A stretch of 64,000 nt of DNA from Arcobacteraceae bacterium (GTDB taxonomy: Bacteria; Campylobacterota; Campylobacteria; Campylobacterales; Arcobacteraceae): assembly GCA_965242915.1 (NCBI GenBank), contig CBDETN010000028.1, positions 230,518 through 294,517 of the forward strand. Direction: 5' to 3'. Position 1 is the stretch's first letter. Every line of letters begins with the position of its first letter. The notes below the pieces were generated by a model that was not told the DNA's origin, made no database searches, and saw nothing but the letters and a program-made list of their open reading frames with translations. The translations under genes and the position numbers were made by a program. This document shows, piece after piece, positions 1 to 8,646 of the stretch.

Positions 1-343
1 ATATTAAGGCGATAAAAGGTCCAACAGCTAACATCACAGAAGCAGTACTTGCACTTATATATTGTTGTCCCCATGAAATAAGGTAAAAGGGTATAGCATT
101 ATTTAAAATACCTATAAGTATTAAAATTGACCAAGTTTTTAAATCTTTGGGAAATGATAATCTCTTTAGAAATACAAAAAACAGTAAAAAAAGTGATGCT
201 AAAAATATTCTTCCAAAAGCTATCACAAATGGAGGAAAATCATTTAATGAAAATTCAATAGCTACAAATGCGCTTCCCCAAATAGCAGAAAGCAGCATTA
301 ACCAAAAATAGTCTATAAATGTAGGGATTGTAAGAGTTTTCAT
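1..343 (-). CDS. EamA/DMT-family transporter, N-terminal part (gene continues beyond window start)
   Basis: Reverse-strand translation from ATG at 343 reads MKTLTIPTFIDYFWLMLLSAIWGSAFVAIEFSL.. (typical EamA N-terminus). The ORF runs off the window edge and is absent from the ORF track because it is partial. Confidence 0.5.
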   Translation of the reverse strand, partial: MKTLTIPTFIDYFWLMLLSAIWGSAFVAIEFSLNDFPPFVIAFGRIFLASLFLLFFVFLKRLSFPKDLKTWSILILIGILNNAIPFYLISWGQQYISASTASVMLAVGPFIALI

Positions 344-353
344 AAAATAGATA

Positions 354-1319
354 TTAGTTTAATTTTCTTGCATATATTTTAAGAAGTATATATGAGAATA
401 TAATAGCAGCGATTGTTCTTATAAGTATAACCATAGTAAAATCTGCGCCAAATATCACAAACAGTAAAGTATCTTCAATAATAGCATGACATATCATAAG
501 AAAAGTTCCTATATAAAAGAGGTCAGCTTTAGAAATTGTACCACTTTGTGCTTCTTTTATTAGTATTCCTGCACCGTAAGTGATACCAAGGAAAATCCCA
601 ACGGTTAAAGAAAATCCTTTACTTACATTTTTTTCACTTTTTTTAATAAATTCTCTTGTTTTGATAAAATTCATGATAAATATAAGTACGGTTATCAGTA
701 AAATAATTTTGATACTTAAATTTATGGCACTGCTAAAAGAGCCAATTAAAAGTGATGGTAAAGTATCATAAGTTGTTTTGGCAAATACTGCATCTGACAA
801 GGTTGCTTCAAACCAACTGCTTGGCATAAGAGATACTAAAAATGCTATAGCCAATCCACCAAAAAATCTAAGAGAATATGAATAAAAGTTTGATATACCA
901 ATTTTCTTCATAATAACACTCTCAACTACTAAAGAGTGACAAACTCCTAAAAATACAGCTAAGATAGACCATTGATGAGGGGTCAAATCCAAAGGTGCTG
1001 CAAAAGCAACAGCAGCATAAAGATTTAAAAATATTCCACTGATAATCGCTAAAGATGCTTCAGAGGGAAGTCCTAAAAATGAGGTAAAAGGCTCAATCAA
1101 AAAAGATATATAAGACAAAGTATTATAAAAATATAAAATATCAGCAATGATATAAATAGGTATTACAAGTTTTAAAATTATCCACGCACTTTGAATTGAT
1201 GTTTTTAGAGTTTGTTTATAATTCATAAGAAAAATTATATCAAAGTTAAGTATAATTAGTCTTATGAAAACTATAAAATATAATAGCAAAGAAGTAATCG
1301 TTTCAAAAGTGGTATGCAT
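354..1319 (-). CDS. polytopic inner-membrane protein (possible nucleoside-recognition/Gate-domain family)
   Basis: 321-aa ORF, hydrophobic throughout with two repeated halves. The family assignment is from memory of sequence style only. Confidence 0.4.
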   Translation of the reverse strand: MHTTFETITSLLLYFIVFIRLIILNFDIIFLMNYKQTLKTSIQSAWIILKLVIPIYIIADILYFYNTLSYISFLIEPFTSFLGLPSEASLAIISGIFLNLYAAVAFAAPLDLTPHQWSILAVFLGVCHSLVVESVIMKKIGISNFYSYSLRFFGGLAIAFLVSLMPSSWFEATLSDAVFAKTTYDTLPSLLIGSFSSAINLSIKIILLITVLIFIMNFIKTREFIKKSEKNVSKGFSLTVGIFLGITYGAGILIKEAQSGTISKADLFYIGTFLMICHAIIEDTLLFVIFGADFTMVILIRTIAAIIFSYILLKIYARKLN

Positions 1320-1872
1320 AGGTCGAAACTATGTAGAACACATAAAAGAATTAAACAACGAAACACAGGATACTATGGTTGTATTTAACAAACCAAACTC
1401 TGCGATAACTGATAAACTTTATTTTATAAGTGAAGATACAAGATTTGAGGGTGAAATTTGTTTTTTAATTAAAAATGGAAAAATAGATGGCGTTGGTTTT
1501 GGGCTTGATTTGACAAAAGCTGACATCCAAAATAAAATGAAAACAAAGGGTTTGCCTTGGGAAAGAGCAAAGGCTTTTGATAATTCTGCTGTTTTGGGAG
1601 AGTTTGTGACTTTTGATGGTGATATTAAAGAACTTAGACTAGAACTTTTTATCAATGATGAATTGATACAATTTGCCAATTATGACTTGATGATTTATAA
1701 ACCAAAGGATATGATAGAAGAGATAAAAACTTTTATGACTTTAGAAGACGGTGATATAATCATGAGTGGAACGCCTAAGGGTGTAGGTAATTATAAGCTT
1801 AAAGATAAGTTTGTAGGAAAAATATTTTGTGAAGATGATTTGCTTGTAGAATCATCTTGGATAGTTTGTTAG
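1264..1872 (+). CDS. fumarylacetoacetate hydrolase (FAH) family protein
   Basis: 202 aa. N-terminal VVCIGRNYVEH motif and overall length match the FAH / 2-keto-4-pentenoate hydratase family. Confidence 0.8.
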   Translation: MKTIKYNSKEVIVSKVVCIGRNYVEHIKELNNETQDTMVVFNKPNSAITDKLYFISEDTRFEGEICFLIKNGKIDGVGFGLDLTKADIQNKMKTKGLPWERAKAFDNSAVLGEFVTFDGDIKELRLELFINDELIQFANYDLMIYKPKDMIEEIKTFMTLEDGDIIMSGTPKGVGNYKLKDKFVGKIFCEDDLLVESSWIVC

Positions 1873-1890
1873 AAAACATTATATAACCTT

Positions 1891-2277
1891 ATGATAGAAC
1901 TTTTTATTTTTATAATTATTTTTGCAGGATTAGAAGTTTTTGAATCTAATTGGCAAAAAGCAGATACATTTTATGGTGTAATTAAGAATAACTATATAGT
2001 GTATCAAAAAAGTTTATTATTGTATTTTTTCTCAAATCCGACATTTATTTATACTTTGTTTTTATCCTTTTATTTAAATAATTTTACTTTTTGGATGAGT
2101 TCTATTATCATTTTAAAATTTGCCGATATCAGCTTTCGGCTTCATCTAATGCAAAAAATAGATAAAGATGAACCTCTTAGCGATATTATACCTATTGACA
2201 TGAGTATGAATAATTATTTACGATATATCAATGTAGTGATTTATCCACTTTGTTTTATTTTTGCCAATCTTGGCTAA
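1891..2277 (+). CDS. hypothetical membrane protein
   Basis: 128-aa hydrophobic ORF in the gap between flanking genes. Weak RBS. Confidence 0.3.
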   Translation: MIELFIFIIIFAGLEVFESNWQKADTFYGVIKNNYIVYQKSLLLYFFSNPTFIYTLFLSFYLNNFTFWMSSIIILKFADISFRLHLMQKIDKDEPLSDIIPIDMSMNNYLRYINVVIYPLCFIFANLG

Positions 2278-2367
2278 ACCCCTTTTAGATTTATACTTAC
2301 TTGGGTTTTAAATAATATATTGTTATAATACTATATTGAGACTAATGCTTGAAAGGGTTTTATACAG

Positions 2368-3699
2368 ATGAAATTTTCACTAATTTATGAGATAGCAACA
2401 AAAAATGCAGTAAAAATTGATATAAGTTCAACATTAAATGAAGCTATTGATTTAATGTATAAATACAATCATAGAAATATAATAGTAGTAGATAAAAATA
2501 AATTCTTTATCTTAACTGCAAATGATATATTAAAATTAAAATTAAAAGGATATGATTTTTCAATTGAGATATCAAATATCAAATTAGAGATACTGCCAAC
2601 TATAAATAAAGATGCAAATATTTTAGATACAATGTCGTTTTTAGAAGACAGTATTGAACATATTTGTGTTGTGGATGATGATGGCAGTTTATTTGGCATA
2701 TTAACATATACAGATATTATAAGTCATATTGATCCAGAGTCATTGATGGAAAATTATCGCTTGGCAGATTTGATGAATATGAATAAAAATATTCAAAAAA
2801 TATCAAAAGATACATCAACAACCGATGCTTTAAGAAATATAGCAGATAATGATTTTGATTGTGTTGTTATATTAGAAGAAGATTTACCAATAGGTATCCT
2901 TACAACAAAAGATATTATGGACTTAATAAAAAGAAGTCCGGACTTAAATCTTCCAGTAAGTAATTATATGTCATCTCCTGTAGAATCTCTAGATGAAAGT
3001 TCTACTATAAAAGAAGCTATTACTTTTATGAAAGAGAAGCATTTTAAAAGAATAATCATTACAAATGAAAATGGTGAATTTACAGGATTAATTTTACAAA
3101 AAGAGTTGATTTCACTCTCTTACAGCAGATGGGCAATTTTGATGAAACAATATTCTACAGAACTAAACGAAATAAATACTGTTTTAGAACAAAAAAATAA
3201 GAGATTTGAGAAAATGGCTTTTACTGACCAATTAACAGGTTTATATAATAGATATAAATTCACAGAATTATTTGTATCAGAATATCATACAATGGCACAA
3301 AGAGATAATAAAATGTCATTAATAATGTTAGATATAGATTTTTTTAAAAAAATAAATGATAAATATGGTCATAATATTGGTGATAGAGTATTATTGCAAA
3401 TGTCAAATATACTGCTTAGACACCTAAGAAATGTAGATATAGTCGGCAGATGGGGCGGTGAAGAATTTCTTATTTTGCTTCCGACAGCAACATTGGAAAA
3501 TGCCAAAACATTAGCAGATAAACTAAGAATTGCGATACAAGATTTTGATATGGATGAACACTTAAAAGTAACTGCAAGTTTTGGTGTTGCGGAAGTGAAA
3601 ATAGGTGATGATATTAAAAGTGCTGTTAAAAGAGCTGACGATGCTCTATATGAAGCTAAAAATAGTGGCAGGAACTGTGTAAAGACTAAGGTTGATTAA
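2368..3699 (+). CDS. CBS-domain diguanylate cyclase (GGDEF)
   Basis: 443 aa. Tandem CBS-like N-terminal repeats and a C-terminal GGDEF domain with RWGGEEF active-site motif. Confidence 0.85.
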   Translation: MKFSLIYEIATKNAVKIDISSTLNEAIDLMYKYNHRNIIVVDKNKFFILTANDILKLKLKGYDFSIEISNIKLEILPTINKDANILDTMSFLEDSIEHICVVDDDGSLFGILTYTDIISHIDPESLMENYRLADLMNMNKNIQKISKDTSTTDALRNIADNDFDCVVILEEDLPIGILTTKDIMDLIKRSPDLNLPVSNYMSSPVESLDESSTIKEAITFMKEKHFKRIIITNENGEFTGLILQKELISLSYSRWAILMKQYSTELNEINTVLEQKNKRFEKMAFTDQLTGLYNRYKFTELFVSEYHTMAQRDNKMSLIMLDIDFFKKINDKYGHNIGDRVLLQMSNILLRHLRNVDIVGRWGGEEFLILLPTATLENAKTLADKLRIAIQDFDMDEHLKVTASFGVAEVKIGDDIKSAVKRADDALYEAKNSGRNCVKTKVD

Positions 3700-3713
3700 A
3701 ATTTGCTGTGTTT

Positions 3714-3744
3714 AAAAAACTCTTATTTCAGAATAAAATAAGAG
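3714..3744 (-). terminator. rho-independent terminator for the minus-strand kinase operon
   Basis: Hairpin CTCTTATTT-cagaata-AAATAAGAG (3720-3744) followed on the minus strand by TTTTTT (3714-3719). Confidence 0.5.
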
Positions 3745-3785
3745 ACAACAGCTCCAAATAAAACTATTATTCTACTTGTCGAGGC

Positions 3786-3854
3786 ATCATATTTTCTTCT
3801 TAAAGAAAAAAAACCTATAACAGCTACTCCAATAAGCATTATTAACTTTTCCAT
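3786..3854 (-). CDS. 22-aa hydrophobic micro-ORF (MEKLIMLIGVAVIGFFFFKKKI) downstream of the sensor kinase
   Basis: ATG at 3854, AAGGA RBS 8 nt upstream, 20 nt after the kinase stop and followed by the terminator. Not in the ORF track because it is under 60 aa. Confidence 0.3.
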
Positions 3855-3873
3855 ATTATTTTAATCCTTAATT

Positions 3874-5718
3874 TTATGTTGGTACAATTATACTAAATGT
3901 AGCACCTTTATATTTTTCATCGTTACAAACTTCAATCGTTCCATGAAGTTTTTCAACAATTTGTTTTGTTAAATACAAACCTATACCAGTACCATCCCCC
4001 TCTGCTTTTGTCGTAAAATTTGAGATGAATATTTTATCTATAATATCTTCTGGGATTCCACCTGCATTGTCTGATATTTTTATTATTACTGTATTGTTTT
4101 CTTTTTTTAATTCAAAAATTATTTTTCTATCTTGAATATCATTCTCTATAAAAGCATCAGTGGTATTATTTATTAAGTTGATAAATATATGTTTAAATTC
4201 ATTTGGTAAACAAAATAATTCAATATCTTCATCCCCTAAAATTTCGGTTTCTATATTATCTGCTATTAAACCATCTTTCATTAACAATAATGTTTCATCA
4301 ATTATTGTTTTAATATTAGCATTGATTTGCTTCTGATTTGGTCTAAAAAAACTCCTAAATTCATCTATAGTTGATATTAAATGTTCTACTTGATGCTCTA
4401 CTTTTTCACTCACTTCTCTTATATCTTCACTGTTAGCTAAAACTCCATAATCTAATCCTAAAGATAAAGATTGAACATGTAATCTTATGACACCTAAAGG
4501 CTGTTTCCATTGATGAGCTATGGCATCCATCATCTCTCCCAATGCTGCTCTTTGTGATTGTTTGGATATAAGTTTATCTTTTTTTCTATTCTTTTTAACT
4601 TCATTTTTAACTTTTTGCTCAAGATTTTTATTTAACTCTTTTAGTTCTGCTATTTTTTCTTTAATCTCAAATTCAAGATTTTCTTTATATTTTAAATTTC
4701 TATAAATAAAATAAAAAATAATTAACATAATAAAGAATACAATTATAATTAATCTTTTATAGTCATAAAGGATATTATCCAAATATTTACTATAGGAATA
4801 TGAAACTAAATAAGCAACAACTTTTTTATCTTTAATATTTTTTATAGGTAAAAATGCAAGTATCTTTATTTTATCGTTAAATTGTGTATGCAAGGCAAAT
4901 GGGATTTTTAAAAATATATTCTTATCAATATTCTCTTTTAATGGAGTTAAAAATTGTTTTATATCATCTAGCTCTTTTGCGTTTGTATGTCTATCTAAAG
5001 AAAACATATAATTTTTATGCTCAACACTTTGAATATATTTTGAGGTTAAATGTTTTGTTTCCCATGTTTTTACATCAAAGATATGTTTATCAACTATGAA
5101 ATGTGTATGTATTTTATTAACAACCATTAACTTATCTTGAATATAGTTAGTTGATAAAGCTATCTCACCAGCTCCTATATGATTATTTCTCTCATCGAAA
5201 AGAGGATAAACATACCTAATAGCATGACTTGATCTTCCTTGCTCAAATCCAAGGATAGGTTTCTTTGTTTCATTTGTGTATTTATAGCTGTATCTTACAT
5301 CTGTTAAATCATCATCAAATTTATCTGGTTTATGCATTCTTAAAAAAGTAGTATTATCCCTAAATTGGAGGTGAAACTGATGTACACCTTTTTGTTTAAT
5401 TCTAAGATATAAAGGTAATAATAAATTATATAGTTGTTTTCGTAAAACAGCTCTTTGTTCTACAGATGCATTTTGTGCTTGAGAAAATATATTCATAATT
5501 TTTTTATCATTTTGAACAATACTAGCAATTGATTTAGCATCTGTTAAAAAATTATCAATTGTCAAAGCGTAATGAATCTCTAAATCTTTTATTTTTTGAT
5601 TATATTCCGATGATATTCTATCGTTTTTATCTTGAGTAATAAAATATAAAAATGCACCATAAGAAACAATAAATATAGATAATATAATAAGTTTTAATTT
5701 AATATTATTTTTTATCAT
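3874..5718 (-). CDS. sensor histidine kinase with periplasmic sensor domain
   Basis: 614 aa. N-terminal TM, large extracytoplasmic domain, second TM, coiled coil, HisKA (MMDAIAHQWKQPL) and HATPase_c (GTGIGLYLTKQIVE). Confidence 0.8.
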   Translation of the reverse strand: MIKNNIKLKLIILSIFIVSYGAFLYFITQDKNDRISSEYNQKIKDLEIHYALTIDNFLTDAKSIASIVQNDKKIMNIFSQAQNASVEQRAVLRKQLYNLLLPLYLRIKQKGVHQFHLQFRDNTTFLRMHKPDKFDDDLTDVRYSYKYTNETKKPILGFEQGRSSHAIRYVYPLFDERNNHIGAGEIALSTNYIQDKLMVVNKIHTHFIVDKHIFDVKTWETKHLTSKYIQSVEHKNYMFSLDRHTNAKELDDIKQFLTPLKENIDKNIFLKIPFALHTQFNDKIKILAFLPIKNIKDKKVVAYLVSYSYSKYLDNILYDYKRLIIIVFFIMLIIFYFIYRNLKYKENLEFEIKEKIAELKELNKNLEQKVKNEVKKNRKKDKLISKQSQRAALGEMMDAIAHQWKQPLGVIRLHVQSLSLGLDYGVLANSEDIREVSEKVEHQVEHLISTIDEFRSFFRPNQKQINANIKTIIDETLLLMKDGLIADNIETEILGDEDIELFCLPNEFKHIFINLINNTTDAFIENDIQDRKIIFELKKENNTVIIKISDNAGGIPEDIIDKIFISNFTTKAEGDGTGIGLYLTKQIVEKLHGTIEVCNDEKYKGATFSIIVPT

Positions 5719-5763
5719 ATTTTATTGTACCCCTTAGAAATTTAATAGTTATTGTACCATTAT

Positions 5764-7023
5764 TTACCCCTTTATCCCATCAACTCTAGGAGATACTAAA
5801 AAACCAAAAAATACTTTAATATATAACATAAATGGTACAGTCCAAACAATAGCCGACCATAGATATAACTCGCTTATATATTCTTCATAAAATGGAATTA
5901 ACCCTCTCATTAGTGTTGCTGCAATTATAAATATTACCATCAAGTGTGTATAGATATTTGATGTAAGATGTCGCCCTGTATGTATCCACCCGATTATTAT
6001 CATGATCATCAAATATGCAAGTCCCAAACCGCCGCTTGTTATAAAATGTCTAAAATGATTGATACCAAAAGAACCATCATTTAATATATCCCAACCCATC
6101 AAAGCATAACCTGCTGCTAACATTATAAAAATTGGTGCTAAATACCAAATATATGGTTGATTTAAAATATTTTTATCCTTTAAAATATAATCACCGGTAA
6201 TTGCTAATATTGAAGCCCCGCAAGCTAATCCTATCCAACCAAGTGCTGAATTTGTTGTATATAAGAATTCAACTATTGTAAATATTATCACCGTAAATAC
6301 TGCAAGATTTGTCACAGGTGGCCGTGATATATAAATATCATCAATACCCTTATCTTCCATTAGTTCATTAACTGCTTCCATATTTACTCTTCTCATTGCA
6401 AGTAAAATTAAAACAACAATAAATCCCAGTGCAACTTTTAAAATAGACATAGAATCAGATACAGCATATCCTAATTTTGATGCAAAAAACCAAACTTCAA
6501 TACCAAAAATAGTAACTAAAACATATCCTAAACTAGCATGTCTTTGGAGTTTATCCAATACCGCATCTTTAGCAAACCATATAAGCCAACCTAGCATTGC
6601 TAAATTTAAAATTGCGGTTAACCAAATACCAGTAACATCAATAAACCAAAAAGAAAGGCGTCCAAGTACCCACAAAGCCATAATATTCCAAAGTCTCTTA
6701 CCTATAAAAGGTACCATCCCCGGAAATAGTTCAGGTAATCCTGTAGTTAAAAATGCCATAACACCAGCGGTTAATATTCCAAATAACATCTCATAAACAT
6801 GCCAAGTCAAAGTATCATTCATAAAAGGAATATTTATAACCCCACTCCAAACCAATCCCCATAAGATCATAGAAATTATCATATAAGGAGCTAAAAGTAA
6901 AAATACTGGTCGAAATCCATAAGCTAAATATGGTGGTACATTCTTCTCATCAGGATAATATAGATAATGATTTGTTGCGTGTAATTTTTCTGAAGAAACT
7001 TCGTTTTGTTCTTTATTTTTCAT
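5764..7023 (-). CDS. nnrS: NnrS-family heme-copper membrane protein
   Basis: 419 aa, about 12 TM. N-terminal YGFRPVFLL motif and conserved His pattern are characteristic of NnrS. Confidence 0.6.
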   Translation of the reverse strand: MKNKEQNEVSSEKLHATNHYLYYPDEKNVPPYLAYGFRPVFLLLAPYMIISMILWGLVWSGVINIPFMNDTLTWHVYEMLFGILTAGVMAFLTTGLPELFPGMVPFIGKRLWNIMALWVLGRLSFWFIDVTGIWLTAILNLAMLGWLIWFAKDAVLDKLQRHASLGYVLVTIFGIEVWFFASKLGYAVSDSMSILKVALGFIVVLILLAMRRVNMEAVNELMEDKGIDDIYISRPPVTNLAVFTVIIFTIVEFLYTTNSALGWIGLACGASILAITGDYILKDKNILNQPYIWYLAPIFIMLAAGYALMGWDILNDGSFGINHFRHFITSGGLGLAYLMIMIIIGWIHTGRHLTSNIYTHLMVIFIIAATLMRGLIPFYEEYISELYLWSAIVWTVPFMLYIKVFFGFLVSPRVDGIKG

Positions 7024-7769
7024 TATTTAGCTCCCATAAGTTGTAATTCGAAAGTATTAATTATAGTTTCATCTTGTAATATTTTCGCAGTTTCTTCATA
7101 AACAAATTTATCATCTCTTTGTTTTTGAGGTAAAATATAGTCAAACTCTTTTACAATATGCCCAGGATCAGCTTCAAGTAAAAGTATCTTGTCACTTAGT
7201 CTTATAGCTTCCATCAAATCATGAGTAATAAATAATATGCTTATCTCTTTTTTATCAATCATTTCTATTAAAATAGTTTGTAACTCTTGTTTTAAACCAA
7301 TATCTAAAGCTGAAAAAGGTTCATCAAGAAATAATAAAGATGGTTTAACCACTAAAGCTCGAGCAAAACTTACTCTTTGTTTCATCCCACCACTTAAATC
7401 TTTTGGAAACTTATCAAAATCATCCTCTTCAAGCCCAAATTTAAGTGCAATATCTTGTGACATCTTAATAGCTACATTTTTATCCCAGCCTTTAGCTAAA
7501 AGTCCAAGCGAAATATTGTCAATCACATTTTTCCAAGGAAGAAGTCGCCCCTCTTGAAAAGTGAAAGATGAACTAACAAATGAGTTTGATACCTCTCCCT
7601 CTTCAACATCAAGCAGATCAGCACAAAGATGAAGCAAAGTTGTTTTACCGCCGCCACTAGGACCAACTACACTTAAAACTTGTCCTTTTTCCAAAGTAAA
7701 ATTTATATCTCTTAAAATTTCAGTAAACCCAAAATGATGATTTAAACCTTTTACCTCTAACTTCTCCAT
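7023..7769 (-). CDS. ABC transporter ATP-binding protein (NitT/TauT family)
   Basis: Walker A GPSGGGKTT, signature LSGGMKQRV, Walker B LLFLDEPFSALD. Overlaps flanking genes, so it sits in an operon. Confidence 0.85.
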   Translation of the reverse strand: MEKLEVKGLNHHFGFTEILRDINFTLEKGQVLSVVGPSGGGKTTLLHLCADLLDVEEGEVSNSFVSSSFTFQEGRLLPWKNVIDNISLGLLAKGWDKNVAIKMSQDIALKFGLEEDDFDKFPKDLSGGMKQRVSFARALVVKPSLLFLDEPFSALDIGLKQELQTILIEMIDKKEISILFITHDLMEAIRLSDKILLLEADPGHIVKEFDYILPQKQRDDKFVYEETAKILQDETIINTFELQLMGAK

Positions 7770-8539
7770 AACTCAACCTCTCTTTTAATTGGCTCTAAAA
7801 TAATATACTCAATAAACATCAATGACCCAATCATAATAGTTACAAGTGCTAATGCTGTTGGGGTATCAAGATGACTTCTTGCAACTGCTAAACTAGCTCC
7901 AATACCATCGCTAGTAGCTAAAAGTTCAGCCATAACAACAATTTTCCAAGCCATACCAAGCCCGCTAACCCAAGCAGGAAAAACATAAGAAAATATATGA
8001 GGAAAATAAACATCAACAAACTTCATATGCCAAGGCAATTTAAAACTATCTGCCATCTGCTTTAAGTCACCATCTAAAGTACGAGTACCTTGCAAGGCAC
8101 CTACAAATATAATAGGAAAAGATGCCACAACAACTGTAAATATAACAGTTTCATCACCCATACCAAACCAAATCATAGCCAACACTATCCAAGCAATTGG
8201 AGGCATACCAACTAAGACTGTAACAATAGGGCGACTCATCATAGAAGCTGTAGCAAAAAACCCAGCCAAAAGTCCAAGCATAGAACCAAATACTAAAGAT
8301 ATTGCAAATCCAGTAAATGCACGATATAAAGTGATATTTATTTCAGTCCAAACAGCATCATCCTGAAGCATCAAATTTAATGTCTGAAAAGTTTCAAGAG
8401 GTGATGGTAACACTAAGTTACCATAAACTTGATTTCCTACATCCCAACAAGCGATAAAAAGAAGTATGGAAGCTACTGCTCCCCAACCACTCCAAAGGTA
8501 TGCAGGAAAATCTTTAATTATTTTTAGAATAAAATTCAT
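7757..8539 (-). CDS. ABC transporter permease (NitT/TauT family)
   Basis: 260 aa, 6 TM, typical binding-protein-dependent permease core. 13-nt overlap with the ATPase gene. Confidence 0.8.
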   Translation of the reverse strand: MNFILKIIKDFPAYLWSGWGAVASILLFIACWDVGNQVYGNLVLPSPLETFQTLNLMLQDDAVWTEINITLYRAFTGFAISLVFGSMLGLLAGFFATASMMSRPIVTVLVGMPPIAWIVLAMIWFGMGDETVIFTVVVASFPIIFVGALQGTRTLDGDLKQMADSFKLPWHMKFVDVYFPHIFSYVFPAWVSGLGMAWKIVVMAELLATSDGIGASLAVARSHLDTPTALALVTIMIGSLMFIEYIILEPIKREVELWRS

Positions 8540-8554
8540 ATATAACCTTTGTAT

Positions 8555-8569
8555 TGATAATCAATATCA
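8555..8569. promoter_or_regulatory. Fur-box-like palindrome TGATAATCAATATCA upstream of the ABC permease operon
   Basis: 7-1-7 inverted repeat 16 nt upstream of the permease start codon. Same motif class as the sites at 12514, 19476, 22875, 22931 and 26614. Confidence 0.4.
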
Positions 8570-8646
8570 TAATTATAGTGAAATTAATATATATTATAGC
8601 TTATACTGATTATTTTTTAATATAAGATATAAAAATTTTATTTAAG

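Noticed and set aside
580-771. Numerous 60-120-aa ORFs on the opposite strand of large genes (for example 580-771, 1419-1679, 4520-4705, 7237-7557, 9935-10261, 17013-17279, 50039-50255)
   Set aside because: They are fully embedded antisense to strong, recognisable coding sequences and have low-complexity, A/T-codon-driven compositions. I treat them as shadow ORFs.
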